Shown: positions 1 through 9,439 of the stretch, piece by piece
How the letters are laid out: each line of letters begins with the position of its first letter
Numbering within the stretch: position 1 is the stretch's first letter
IMG/VR virus record: IMGVR_UViG_3300001460_000018
Location: 1 to 64,000 of that record
DNA length: 64,000 bases
Origin: an uncultured virus (IMG/VR IMGVR_UViG_3300001460_000018)
Lineage: Duplodnaviria; Heunggongvirae; Uroviricota; Caudoviricetes
Strand: one strand, 5' to 3'
Program-made: the position numbers and the translations under genes
The notes under the pieces: generated by a model
What the model saw: the letters and a program-made list of their open reading frames with translations, nothing else
Told to the model about the DNA's origin: nothing
The model's database searches: none

Positions 1-3
1 TAA

Positions 4-510
4 ATGAAGCAATTAGAAAGCAAAGATATAAAAGCACTTAAAGAAAAATGGCATGCTGAGCAAAAAGGCATATGTCCTTTATTAGGTAATAAATATCCAC
101 CTGAAGAAATTGTATTAGACCATCAGCATAAATTAGTTGCAGAGCTTCCTGATGAAACTGGAAAAGGTTTATGTAGAGGAGCAATACAATTTCAAGCAAA
201 TGCACTTGAAGGTAAAATAACTAATTCATTTAATAGGTTAGGGTTGTCTAAGCATATTGATATAATAAGTTTTTTAAGAAATCTTGCAAATTATTTAGAA
301 CATAATAAAATACAAGAAGGTGAATTATGGATTCACCCTACTGAAAAACCAAGAAGGCCTATACTAATGAAGAGTTCTTATAATAAATTAGTTAAAGCAG
401 TTAACGGCAAAAAGAAAATACCTGAATATAAAAACAAAAGAGGAAATTTTACCAAACCGCTTGAAAGGCTTTTTGAGCAATTTGGAATTGAGCCTCAATT
501 TAAGAAATAA
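4..510 (+). CDS. Recombination endonuclease VII (T4 gp49-like)
   Basis: EQKGICPL...VLDHQH...GLCRG...NALEGKI matches the His-Me endo VII pattern, although some Zn-binding Cys are missing. Confidence 0.8.
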   Translation: MKQLESKDIKALKEKWHAEQKGICPLLGNKYPPEEIVLDHQHKLVAELPDETGKGLCRGAIQFQANALEGKITNSFNRLGLSKHIDIISFLRNLANYLEHNKIQEGELWIHPTEKPRRPILMKSSYNKLVKAVNGKKKIPEYKNKRGNFTKPLERLFEQFGIEPQFKK

Positions 511-511
511 A

Positions 512-1018
512 ATGAAAAGGTTAGATAAGTTTTTTGAAAATAAAATTATAGTAGATGAAGATTATGCTAAAATAAAATCAAGTGATAAAGTTATAATGTC
601 ATCTGATTATACTATAAAAACTCGAAACACAAAACAAAAAAACACTCCTGCTAAAAGCTATATGAACTTTAAGCCTAGCGGTTTATGGTATTCATTTGGA
701 ACTGAGTGGATTGATTGGGTTAGACAAAATATGCCAGATTGGGAAGCAGGAAACCTTCATAAAATAGAGATAAACTATAAAAACGTATTAAGATTAGGTA
801 AAGACATGTCTCAAAAAGACTTTGAGGCAAAATATGGTTTAATAGGATTTCCAGATACTGTTAGTGGTATAAAATGGGAAGATGTTGAAAAAGATGGATG
901 GCAAGGAATAGAAATTAAACACCCGTGGGGACCTATAGGAAGTTGGATTAGACCTTGGGATGTTTCATCAGGTTGTATTTGGGACAAACGAGCAATAAAA
1001 AAGATAACAAGATATTAA
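512..1018 (+). CDS. Hypothetical Trp-rich protein with a capsid-targeting-like N-terminus (MKRLDKFFEN)
   Basis: ATG at 512, right after the endo VII stop, is preferred over TTG 461; motifs KPSGLWYS, WDVSSGCIW. Confidence 0.55.
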   Translation: MKRLDKFFENKIIVDEDYAKIKSSDKVIMSSDYTIKTRNTKQKNTPAKSYMNFKPSGLWYSFGTEWIDWVRQNMPDWEAGNLHKIEINYKNVLRLGKDMSQKDFEAKYGLIGFPDTVSGIKWEDVEKDGWQGIEIKHPWGPIGSWIRPWDVSSGCIWDKRAIKKITRY

Positions 1019-1023
1019 GAAAG

Positions 1024-1077
1024 TACAGGAGGTTGCTTAGAGAATGTTACAATTTAATATTTAGCAACCTCGCTGTA
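1024..1077. other. Long imperfect hairpin between convergent genes
   Basis: TACAGGAGGTTGCT...AGCAACCTCGCTGTA with inner stem AATGTTA/TAATATT. Confidence 0.65.
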
Positions 1078-1098
1078 TAAGGAAGGTAGTTTATTTAA

Positions 1099-1575
1099 TC
1101 AAAAGTTAGGATCAGATATTCTAAGATCATAATCCACAAACCAATCAAACATTTCTTTATCTGCAATTACTCTTCTTTTAACACTATCTGCATCTTTTCT
1201 ATCAGAAAGACGCTTTATGCGAATATGTTCTGGTATATCTAAATAAATTATAAAAGAAGTTTCTCTAATCTCTTTAGATAATTTATGTATTGAAGGCGGA
1301 GTCATTATAAATAAGTTAGCAGATTTAAAAGCAACATTACTTGTTCCATAATACCAGCTGTTAAATTCTCTAAACTCAAAAAACTCACCTTGCTTTATCG
1401 CATACTTAAAAGCGCCTTCATTAATGAAATAATAATCTACCCCTTCAATTTCTCCATCTCTAGGAGGTCTTGTGGTATAACTTATACTAGGTTTATATCC
1501 TCTATCAATAAATCTTTGTCTTAAATGGTCTTTACCAGATCCACCTGCTCCTACTATTATTATTCTACTTTTCAT
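1099..1575 (-). CDS. gmk: Guanylate kinase-like nucleotide kinase
   Basis: GAGGSGKD P-loop, TTRPPRDGEIEGVDYYF, YYGT. Confidence 0.9.
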   Translation of the reverse strand: MKSRIIIVGAGGSGKDHLRQRFIDRGYKPSISYTTRPPRDGEIEGVDYYFINEGAFKYAIKQGEFFEFREFNSWYYGTSNVAFKSANLFIMTPPSIHKLSKEIRETSFIIYLDIPEHIRIKRLSDRKDADSVKRRVIADKEMFDWFVDYDLRISDPNF

Positions 1576-1656
1576 TAAGATGCATTTAGTTATTATATGT
1601 ATACTTTTTATATTCTATTTCTTCTCTTTATAGTTTCAGAATATTAACTCCTTATA

Positions 1657-1736
1657 GTTACTCTAAAAGAATCAGAGTCTCAACTTCCTTAGAGATTTTA
1701 CAATATATTAAATACACAATCCAGATATTTGTTTAA
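1657..1736 (-). repeat. Copy 1 of an ~80-bp non-coding element (promoter plus dyad); inverted copy at 56641-56721
   Basis: Reverse complement shares ATTGTGTATTTAATATATTGTAAAAT (26 nt) and TGAGACTCTGATTCTT (16 nt) exactly with copy 2. Confidence 0.9.
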
Positions 1737-1759
1737 GAATACTCTAATTTTTTTAATTT

Positions 1760-1788
1760 TAAACAAAAATAAGATAACTGTTATTCAA
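1760..1788 (+). promoter_or_regulatory. Putative phage middle promoter
   Basis: TAAACA-N16-TATTCAA upstream of the epimerase. Confidence 0.55.
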
Positions 1789-1801
1789 TTAATAAAAAGA
1801 A

Positions 1802-2806
1802 ATGAAAAAGATTCTGATAACAGGTGGATGTGGTTTTATAGGAACTAATTTTATCGCTGATTTATTAAAAGAAGGCTATGATAGTGACAACATTGCTATT
1901 TTAGATAATTTAGGTCAAGGTACTTATATGCCAGAGATTCATGATAAGGTAAAGTTTTATGAAGGTGATATTAGAAAACCTAATGATCTTGAAGATGCTA
2001 TTGATATTTTAGGAGGTGTAGATATTATCTATCATTTTGCGGGTCTTGTTAGCATTTATGATTGTGATAAGAATCAAGCTGATTGCTATGATAATAACTT
2101 AATGGGAAGTATCAATGTTTTTAACATTGCTGTAAAATATAATGTTAAAGTTGTTTTTAGTGAAACTAGCGCTGTATATGAAGATTCTTATTTATATCAA
2201 GGAGGATATAGAGAAGAACAATCTAATCCTAAAACAATTTATAGTACTTCAAAAGCTGCAGTTGCTTCACTAGCAGAATCATATAAAAAACTATATGGTA
2301 TGAAATGGGTTGCATTAAGATACTTTAATGTTGCTGGGTGTATGCAAGACTATACAAGAACAGTTCCACCGCTTTTTGCAGGAGTTATCATTAGATATAT
2401 GCAAGGCAATAAACCAATCATATTTGGTGATGAAACAAGAGAAAGAGATTTTATACACGTTGATGATGTAAACGCATTTCATAGACTCTTGTTAGATAAC
2501 AAAGATATCACAGGCACTTTTAATTTAGGAACGGGTAGAGCAACAAGTCTTATAGATATTGTTAAAGTAATTGCATATAAGATGGGTAAAAAAGTTGACT
2601 TTATTCAATTTCCTGAAATTAATGGAGAAGCTCATAGTATTTATGCAAATAGTGTAAAAGCACAAATGTTTACAGAATGGAAACCTGTTAAAACAATTCA
2701 TGATGCAATTCAAGATACTATTGAGTACTTAAAAGATCAAGATAAATTAGGTAACATTCCTGAAAATTTTATGGAAAGTTTAGATGTAGAAGCAGTAAAA
2801 ATTTAG
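1802..2806 (+). CDS. NAD-dependent nucleotide-sugar epimerase/dehydratase (GalE-like extended SDR)
   Basis: TGGCGFIG, YSTSK, LRYFNVAG, RDFIHVDD. Confidence 0.92.
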   Translation: MKKILITGGCGFIGTNFIADLLKEGYDSDNIAILDNLGQGTYMPEIHDKVKFYEGDIRKPNDLEDAIDILGGVDIIYHFAGLVSIYDCDKNQADCYDNNLMGSINVFNIAVKYNVKVVFSETSAVYEDSYLYQGGYREEQSNPKTIYSTSKAAVASLAESYKKLYGMKWVALRYFNVAGCMQDYTRTVPPLFAGVIIRYMQGNKPIIFGDETRERDFIHVDDVNAFHRLLLDNKDITGTFNLGTGRATSLIDIVKVIAYKMGKKVDFIQFPEINGEAHSIYANSVKAQMFTEWKPVKTIHDAIQDTIEYLKDQDKLGNIPENFMESLDVEAVKI

Positions 2807-2980
2807 TGAAAAATGTTATAAAATTAAGCAAATAAACATAACCTAGTTGATTAAATATACTATAGAAAAGAATAAAAAACTCTTTTTTATAAAAAAAGGT
2901 AACAAAGGTTAAAACAATTAAGCGCTTAAAAGAATTTAACTATTGTAATTAAAATTTAACAAAAGTAAAAACGGTAAATT

Positions 2981-4009
2981 ATGGAAAATTTAGACATTTT
3001 CAATGTAAACATGGACGACTTCGAAGCTCCTGCTCAGTCGCAAAGTTCAAATTCAACTAACTTATTTAAACCAGATCCAAACCAAGCAAAAGATAAAGTA
3101 TATTCTGCTGTGGTAAGACCTGTTTATTGGTTGGCTAATCCTGACGGATTTAATCCTAAAAGAAACTTCGTTGAGAAAAAGACATTCTATTTAAAGAATT
3201 CTGCTGATGAAGGTGGATATTTTGACTCTCCGTTCTCAATTGGCGAAAAATGCGAAGCTATGGGAGCATTCTTTAAATTAAAAAGAGAAGGAAAAACAAA
3301 TCAGAGATCTGAAGATCTTGCAGATGAAATTAAGCCAAAATCTAGTTTCTTTTATTTAGTTTATGTAGAAAAAGATTTAGTAACACCAGAGAATGAAGGT
3401 AAGCTGATGGTATGGAAATGCCCTATACAAGTTCATAAAGTAATTGATGGTAAAGTAAATCTTGATGCAAAAGCTATTAAGATGGGTAAAAAAGCTGAAG
3501 ATATCTTCAATCCACTTATAGGAAGAAGTTTAGAAGTAAACGTTGGTCTTAAAGGAGGGTATTGGAATTATGATGGTTGTGAATGGCAAGAAAAAGGCGA
3601 ATTACAATTTAAAGGAGAATCATTTACTACTGAATCTAAACCTGAATTTTTAGAATTTATTAAAACAGGCGAAGAACTTATGAAGCCATACATTTATGTT
3701 CCTATGGATGCAGAACGAAAGTCGCTATTGCTTAGTATTATTACTGAAAAAACTGGAATATCTTTCGGGACAACTGCAGCACCTAAACGAGAAATGCAAA
3801 TAAGTGGAGTTGTTAATAAAGAAGCTGATAAGTCAACACCATCTGCATCTACAGAATCTATTGATGATGTGATAGATGAAGTTGAGTCTGGTTCTGCTTT
3901 AAAAAATGCAAGACCTACATCTGAACCTATTGCTAAAGAAAAAACAGTTGAAATAGAATCTGACGAAAACATTAATAATTTTCTAGATGATCTTGATTTA
4001 GACCTTTAA
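2981..4009 (+). CDS. Single-stranded DNA-binding protein (T4 gp32-like)
   Basis: ENEGKLMVW, DIFNPLIGRS, GYWNYD, acidic C-terminus LDDLDLDL; followed by a strong terminator. Confidence 0.8.
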   Translation: MENLDIFNVNMDDFEAPAQSQSSNSTNLFKPDPNQAKDKVYSAVVRPVYWLANPDGFNPKRNFVEKKTFYLKNSADEGGYFDSPFSIGEKCEAMGAFFKLKREGKTNQRSEDLADEIKPKSSFFYLVYVEKDLVTPENEGKLMVWKCPIQVHKVIDGKVNLDAKAIKMGKKAEDIFNPLIGRSLEVNVGLKGGYWNYDGCEWQEKGELQFKGESFTTESKPEFLEFIKTGEELMKPYIYVPMDAERKSLLLSIITEKTGISFGTTAAPKREMQISGVVNKEADKSTPSASTESIDDVIDEVESGSALKNARPTSEPIAKEKTVEIESDENINNFLDDLDLDL

Positions 4010-4036
4010 TTGATAAATCTATTAATGTAACTATAT

Positions 4037-4066
4037 AAGGGTGGGATAAGTCCCACCCTTTTTTTT
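4037..4066 (+). terminator. Rho-independent terminator
   Basis: AAGGGTGGGA-TAAG-TCCCACCCTT followed by a T run. Confidence 0.9.
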
Positions 4067-4076
4067 ATACTATTAT

Positions 4077-5159
4077 ATGTGTAAAGATAATTTAAAAAAT
4101 CATTTAACAGAAACCATACAAGACATTCTTAATGATACATTTACAGATGTTCATAAAAGAAAGCTAAGAAATAAAGGATCTGAATTATTAATGGCCTGTC
4201 CAGTATGCGGAGACTCTGTTAAAGATAGAACAAAAAAACGTGGATATTTTTATTTTGATACAATGAAATTCCATTGCTTTAATGGCGAATGCGTAGCAAA
4301 ATATTGGGGAGCATTTAGATTCTTTAAAGCATTTGGTAAAAAAATAGGAAATGCTGATTATATTAAAAATATTGCAGAGATCTTAAAAAATAATAGTAAG
4401 AATAGACAACATATCACTCTTCAAAACAGTAGTGAATATTTTAAGTTCTTGCATGAAAATTCTATACTCACTAAAAGAATTAAAGATTTTTATGGATTAA
4501 AATCTTATGCATACTATGATTGGTCAGAACAATTTATAAAAGATAGATTATTACAAAGTGTAAAGAATCAACTATTATTTAGAGTAAATAAATGGAAGAA
4601 GAGAGAAGTATGGATCCTAAATAAAATAGGAGAAGATAAAGTAGTTGGGTTACAAATAAAAAATCTTGACGGTGGTCCTAAATATCTGACAAAAGACTTT
4701 TCAAAGTTAAATGAAGAAATGCGATATGATATAGATTTTAAAGATATTGTGTTTAAAGGTACTTGCGATAACTTATCTTTAATATTCAATATCTTTAATG
4801 TAAACCTTGAAATACCTCTCACAGTTTTTGAAGGTCCGTTAGATTCATTCTTTTTACCAAATAGCGTAGCAACCGCAGGTGCAACTAAATTAAAAGAATT
4901 TTTTGATGATATGGATAATATTAGATATTTTTACGATAACGATAAGACAGGTAAAACTAATGCTATAGATAAAATAAAGATAAATAAGCAATGCTTTATG
5001 TGGTCAAAATTCTTTAAAGATTTTAAATATAAAAACAAAAGACTTAAAGATTTGAACGAAGTGATAAAATATGTTTATGATAATCGTGAATACTCAGAAT
5101 CATTAAATAAATTGTCTACATATTTTAGTAAAACAAAATATGATATGTATTATGTATAA
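4077..5159 (+). CDS. DNA primase (T4 gp61-like)
   Basis: CPVCGDS...HCFNGEC zinc finger; TOPRIM VFEGPLDSFF, YDND, KDLNE. Confidence 0.9.
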   Translation: MCKDNLKNHLTETIQDILNDTFTDVHKRKLRNKGSELLMACPVCGDSVKDRTKKRGYFYFDTMKFHCFNGECVAKYWGAFRFFKAFGKKIGNADYIKNIAEILKNNSKNRQHITLQNSSEYFKFLHENSILTKRIKDFYGLKSYAYYDWSEQFIKDRLLQSVKNQLLFRVNKWKKREVWILNKIGEDKVVGLQIKNLDGGPKYLTKDFSKLNEEMRYDIDFKDIVFKGTCDNLSLIFNIFNVNLEIPLTVFEGPLDSFFLPNSVATAGATKLKEFFDDMDNIRYFYDNDKTGKTNAIDKIKINKQCFMWSKFFKDFKYKNKRLKDLNEVIKYVYDNREYSESLNKLSTYFSKTKYDMYYV

Positions 5160-5364
5160 AGAAATAGGTATATTATTTAAAAAGGCAACTAAAGCACCTA
5201 CTGGCGATTTAAAATTACCTTTAGGAAAATGGTTTATAAGAGCATATAGAAAAAAAGCAACATCTAAATTAATCATTAATGATGTAGATGAAATTCCTAC
5301 ATCTGATCCTATAGATAAAACAATAACAAACGCTGATAAGTCAGCAGACAATTCTCTATTTTAA
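5140..5364 (+). CDS. Small hypothetical protein ending in SLF (start may be ATG 5152)
   Basis: ORF fills the gap between primase and UvsY and overlaps both. Confidence 0.5.
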   Translation: MICIMYKEIGILFKKATKAPTGDLKLPLGKWFIRAYRKKATSKLIINDVDEIPTSDPIDKTITNADKSADNSLF

Positions 5365-5828
5365 TGAACAAAGAACAAAAAGATGCATATTATAAAAAGG
5401 TTCAAGAACTTGAATTAAAGTTTGAATCTGAAAGAGATGAAATTGGTAAATTTATCCATGAAAATATTATAAGTAAACTAACTGATATTAAAGAAGTTGC
5501 TGAGTTACAAGTACATACATCTTCACAAAGACATAGGTTAAGTGATAAAATTTCTAACCTACGNTCAAAAATTCGCAAACATAGCGAAAGAATTGGTGAA
5601 GAACGAAAGCATATGTATTTTAAGTATAAGACAGAATATAATGTTAGATTAAATGATAGTGAAATACATAAACATATTGATGCTGATCTTGAACCTAAGA
5701 CAAATTTTAAAACTGTATTAGAAAACCAAATAGATTATTATAGAAGAACTATTGAAACTATTGATAAGATTGGATTTGCAATAAAATACTTAATAGAGTC
5801 AACTAGGTTCCTAAGTGGCGGTTATTAA
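5364..5828 (+). CDS. uvsY: Recombination mediator UvsY-like
   Basis: Helical protein with IDADLE and IDKIGFAIK, directly upstream of UvsW. Confidence 0.65.
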   Translation: MNKEQKDAYYKKVQELELKFESERDEIGKFIHENIISKLTDIKEVAELQVHTSSQRHRLSDKISNLXSKIRKHSERIGEERKHMYFKYKTEYNVRLNDSEIHKHIDADLEPKTNFKTVLENQIDYYRRTIETIDKIGFAIKYLIESTRFLSGGY

Positions 5829-5851
5829 ATATATTATAAAAATACACATTA

Positions 5852-7375
5852 ATGAAATTCACACTATCACATAATAATAGGATTCTTACTTTAGTAGATG
5901 CTGATAGGACTGAAAAAGGGCAACTCCAAAAATCATTAACAAAAAAACTAGAATACTATAATTTTTTACCTAACCCAGTTAAGGCAAAATGGAATGGTAT
6001 AATATCATATTTTCATCAAGATAAGTATGTGCCATCAGGATTATGGATGGAGCTTAGAGAAGTTGCTAAAAAATATCGTTATGATATTGAAATAGACGGT
6101 TTAAGAAATCTTTTTTATGATTTGGAATTTAACGAATTTAGTGAATGGGTAAATAGCAAATTTGAAGATGCTACTGATAAAAAAGGTGAACCGTTTGCTC
6201 CTAGAGATTATCAAATTAACTCTGCCTATAAAATACTTAAATATAAATTATCTATTAGTGAACTTGCTACCAGTGCAGGAAAATCTTTAATCATTTATAT
6301 AGCATTTTCATATTTATTAGATAAAGGATTATCTAAAAAATGTCTTATGATTGTACCTACAATCAATTTAGTAATACAAGCATTTGAAGACTTTCATGAA
6401 TATAATAGCTTTTTAAAACCTAATAATAAAACACTATTAGAAATAAAGCAAATTCATGGAGGAGAATCAAAAGAATATACATATGACCAAAATATTTTCG
6501 TAGGAACATTTCAAAGTCTAGTTAAATTTTCTGATAGTTTCTTATCGGCATTTGATACTATATGCTGTGATGAAACTCATAAAGTAAAAGCAAAATCAAT
6601 TCAAGATATTTTAGGAAGGTGTCATAGTGCAGATAGAAGATTTGGTCTAACAGGTACAGTACCTAAAAAAGGAACTCTTGATTGGCTAACATTACAAGCA
6701 TATCTAGGTCCACTTATTACTGAAATAAAAGCAAAAGAACTTCAAGATAAAGGTCATATATCTAAGCTTTTTATAAATGTTTTAGAATTACATCACTCAG
6801 ATAAAATAAAAGAATCTTTTGATGAAATCACAGCAACAATAGATGACAAATCAAAGCTTCTTAGAATGGAGCAAGATGTTATCATACAAAATAAACAACG
6901 TATTGAAGTTATAAAAAGAGTTGTTGATAAATGTAAAGGCAATGAATTAGTACTATTTCATAGAACAGTATATGGCAAGGACCTTTATAAATATATAAAT
7001 GAAAATACTAATAAGAAAGTTTATTACATTGATGGCGGGGTTGATAAAAACGCTAGGAATGAAATCAAACATCTTATGGAACATGGGAAAGATAAAGTTC
7101 TTGTAGCATCTTATGGTACTTTTTCTACTGGAATTAATGTAAAAAATATACATTACATACACTTAACTGAAAGTTTTAAAAGTGATATAATTATAAGACA
7201 AAGTTTAGGTAGAGGATTAAGACTTCACGATGATAAGGCTATATTATATGTTTTTGATTATACTGACATTTTAAGAAGTACTAAAAAGAATTTAGTATAC
7301 TTTCATGGCAAGGCAAGACAGAAAATATATAAAGAACAAAAGTTTCCATATAAAATAAAAGAAATATATTTATGA
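5852..7375 (+). CDS. uvsW: SF2 DNA helicase UvsW
   Basis: PRDYQ, ATSAGKS, DETH, GLTGT, STGINVKN, QSLGRGLR. Confidence 0.93.
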   Translation: MKFTLSHNNRILTLVDADRTEKGQLQKSLTKKLEYYNFLPNPVKAKWNGIISYFHQDKYVPSGLWMELREVAKKYRYDIEIDGLRNLFYDLEFNEFSEWVNSKFEDATDKKGEPFAPRDYQINSAYKILKYKLSISELATSAGKSLIIYIAFSYLLDKGLSKKCLMIVPTINLVIQAFEDFHEYNSFLKPNNKTLLEIKQIHGGESKEYTYDQNIFVGTFQSLVKFSDSFLSAFDTICCDETHKVKAKSIQDILGRCHSADRRFGLTGTVPKKGTLDWLTLQAYLGPLITEIKAKELQDKGHISKLFINVLELHHSDKIKESFDEITATIDDKSKLLRMEQDVIIQNKQRIEVIKRVVDKCKGNELVLFHRTVYGKDLYKYINENTNKKVYYIDGGVDKNARNEIKHLMEHGKDKVLVASYGTFSTGINVKNIHYIHLTESFKSDIIIRQSLGRGLRLHDDKAILYVFDYTDILRSTKKNLVYFHGKARQKIYKEQKFPYKIKEIYL

Positions 7376-8034
7376 AGAGGTTAAAAAAATTTATTAATCA
7401 ATCTAAATTATATCCTATTGGTACTATACCTAATGTAATGGTTGAAAACAGTCAATATGATCTTTTAGGACAAGTTGCATATTTTATTAAAAATACATAT
7501 GGAGAAAAAGAATATAAAATTCTTCAAGATGCGGGAGTAGTAAGTTTACAAGATGGTGATATTACTGTTAATATTACAACAATAGAAAAACCTGAAGGAA
7601 CTCACGCAGATTCAATTACTAAAGTGCTAAGAGGTTGGCTATTAAGTTATAAAAAATATGATGGCCTTAAAGAAGATATTAAAACTAAAACCAAAATGGT
7701 TAAAGAATTTGCTGATAGCATACTAAAGAAGTTTCCTGTTGAAGATATTAAATTATCCTATTATCCAATAACAACTAATGAAGATGTTATTATGCTAAAT
7801 TATTTAGAAGTAAATAAAACTCATAAAAATAGTGGAATAGGATCAAGAATCATGGAAGATCTTATTAAATTTGCAGATAACCAAAGTTTTATATTAACTC
7901 TTGATACAACAGATAAATTTGGAAGCTCAACATCTAGACTTAAAGAATTTTATAAAAGATTTGGATTTAAAGAAAATAAAGAAAAGCGGTTTAATAAGGA
8001 AATGGTTAGAATGCCTGTGAATGGAATTAAATAA
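7372..8034 (+). CDS. Protein with a C-terminal GNAT acetyltransferase domain and a capsid-targeting-like N-terminus
   Basis: LEVNKTHKNSGIGSRIM (acetyl-CoA motif A) and LKEFYKRFGF; begins MKRLKKFINQ. Confidence 0.7.
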   Translation: MKRLKKFINQSKLYPIGTIPNVMVENSQYDLLGQVAYFIKNTYGEKEYKILQDAGVVSLQDGDITVNITTIEKPEGTHADSITKVLRGWLLSYKKYDGLKEDIKTKTKMVKEFADSILKKFPVEDIKLSYYPITTNEDVIMLNYLEVNKTHKNSGIGSRIMEDLIKFADNQSFILTLDTTDKFGSSTSRLKEFYKRFGFKENKEKRFNKEMVRMPVNGIK

Positions 8035-8070
8035 ATAGATTAAATATAAAAACAAAAAATAAAACTCACT

Positions 8071-8685
8071 ATGAGAAGTTTAGGACAAATTATACTAGAA
8101 GAAGAGAAGTCTAAAAAGCAAAAAGAATATGCAGATTTCTTTAAAGAAAAATTAGCTGAGTACGGCGCGGATTCACCTGCTGACTTATCTACTGGAGAAA
8201 AGAAAAAATTCTTTAACGAAATAGAATCAGAATGGGACGGAGAAGTTTCAGAAATGGTAAAAGCAGATAACGAAGACCAAGAAAATGGAAACGGTGCTGG
8301 CAAAGAGGTTTCTAAAGATATGGGTGATGGNGATGAATCATCTGATGAAATAGAAGATAAAGAAGTAGCAAAAGGTAAACCAACAAAATCCGGAGATGGT
8401 GATGAAGTTGTTAATGATGACCAAGAAATAACTGCAAAAGTTACTGAAGCATTATCAGGAATTACTGAAGCAGGAGATGTTAAGCTTATGAAAAGAAAAC
8501 TTGACTCTATTGTAGGATCTACACTAAAGAAGATTATCGATGAATTAGCTAAGAAAGGTTTTTCAAAAGAGGAAATCGAAAAGTATATGGAGATTGTTGT
8601 TTCTGATAGAGTTGAAGAATCTTTTAAAAAGGTTAATGAATCAGATGCAGACGGTGAAGGAAATATGGCATCCACTGAAAAATAA
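8071..8685 (+). CDS. Acidic putative internal head protein, modular
   Basis: TAAATA upstream; ILE/ITE/VNE sites; shares a 60-aa module with ORF 9440. Confidence 0.65.
   Translation: MRSLGQIILEEEKSKKQKEYADFFKEKLAEYGADSPADLSTGEKKKFFNEIESEWDGEVSEMVKADNEDQENGNGAGKEVSKDMGDXDESSDEIEDKEVAKGKPTKSGDGDEVVNDDQEITAKVTEALSGITEAGDVKLMKRKLDSIVGSTLKKIIDELAKKGFSKEEIEKYMEIVVSDRVEESFKKVNESDADGEGNMASTEK
8467..8647 (+). repeat. Duplicated coding module, copy 1 (copy 2 at 10034-10214)
   Basis: EAGDVKLMKRKLDSIVGSTL.KIIDELAKKGFSKEEIEKY..IVVSDRVEESF.KVNESD in both genes; both copies 181 nt. Confidence 0.95.
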
Positions 8686-8698
8686 AAAATAGTTTAAG

Positions 8699-9427
8699 AT
8701 GAAAAGTTATAAAAGTTTTGTTAATGAAGCAAAGCATGTTAATGATAATTTTACAGATGCACAGATTAAATATGCACAAGATGTCATGATGAAGACAGGT
8801 TTATTACAAAATCCTAAACTTGAACTTAACATGGATGGAAGAAAGGAATTTCCTGTTTTAAAGTTTGATTTTACTGCTAAAGCTCTTAAAGATATTAAAG
8901 TATATGATGACGATAATGGATATTCATCATTTACTGATGAAGATGATCCAAAAACTGCAAAGATTAGAAATATTATAAAGAAGGCAGGCGAATCAATATC
9001 TAAAAAAGGAAAAAAAGCTAAAGCATTTTTGCCAGGATTTAGCGTAGGTGGTACTCCAACTGTTAGCGTAATATTACTAGGTGTTGATATTCCAATGAAT
9101 GAATCAGTTAATGAATCTGATGTATCGGTATCTAAAGCATCTCAGGGTGTTGCTATAGATTTTAATGGTGAATCTGAAATGGTTTTTGATGAAGATGAGA
9201 TTAGTACTTTAATTTCAGTACTATCAAATTTTAATAAGACAGGTAAAGTTAAAAACACATCAATCCAAGATATTGATAGATATGACGCTAATATATCCAA
9301 AGCAGGTAATGGAATTGCAATAGAATATCCTATACCATTTAGTGAAGATGATGAAACTGCTGATGTTATTTTAAGTAAAGGAAAGGATGTTGAAAAGTTT
9401 ATAAATGACTTATTGAAAATAAAATAA
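8699..9427 (+). CDS. Putative capsid-targeted internal polyprotein (MKSYKSFVNE)
   Basis: N-terminus resembles the T4 IP capsid-targeting sequence; internal MNESVNES junction. Confidence 0.7.
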   Translation: MKSYKSFVNEAKHVNDNFTDAQIKYAQDVMMKTGLLQNPKLELNMDGRKEFPVLKFDFTAKALKDIKVYDDDNGYSSFTDEDDPKTAKIRNIIKKAGESISKKGKKAKAFLPGFSVGGTPTVSVILLGVDIPMNESVNESDVSVSKASQGVAIDFNGESEMVFDEDEISTLISVLSNFNKTGKVKNTSIQDIDRYDANISKAGNGIAIEYPIPFSEDDETADVILSKGKDVEKFINDLLKIK

Positions 9428-9439
9428 AAAAGATTTAAA

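Noticed and set aside
5564..8331. Ambiguous bases at 5564 and 8331
   Set aside because: Both are third positions of four-fold codons (CGN, GGN); consensus ambiguity with no protein effect
8040..8675. Ser-rich minus-strand ORFs (also 35023-35736, 39377-39760, 33073-33609)
   Set aside because: Antisense shadows of acidic plus-strand genes
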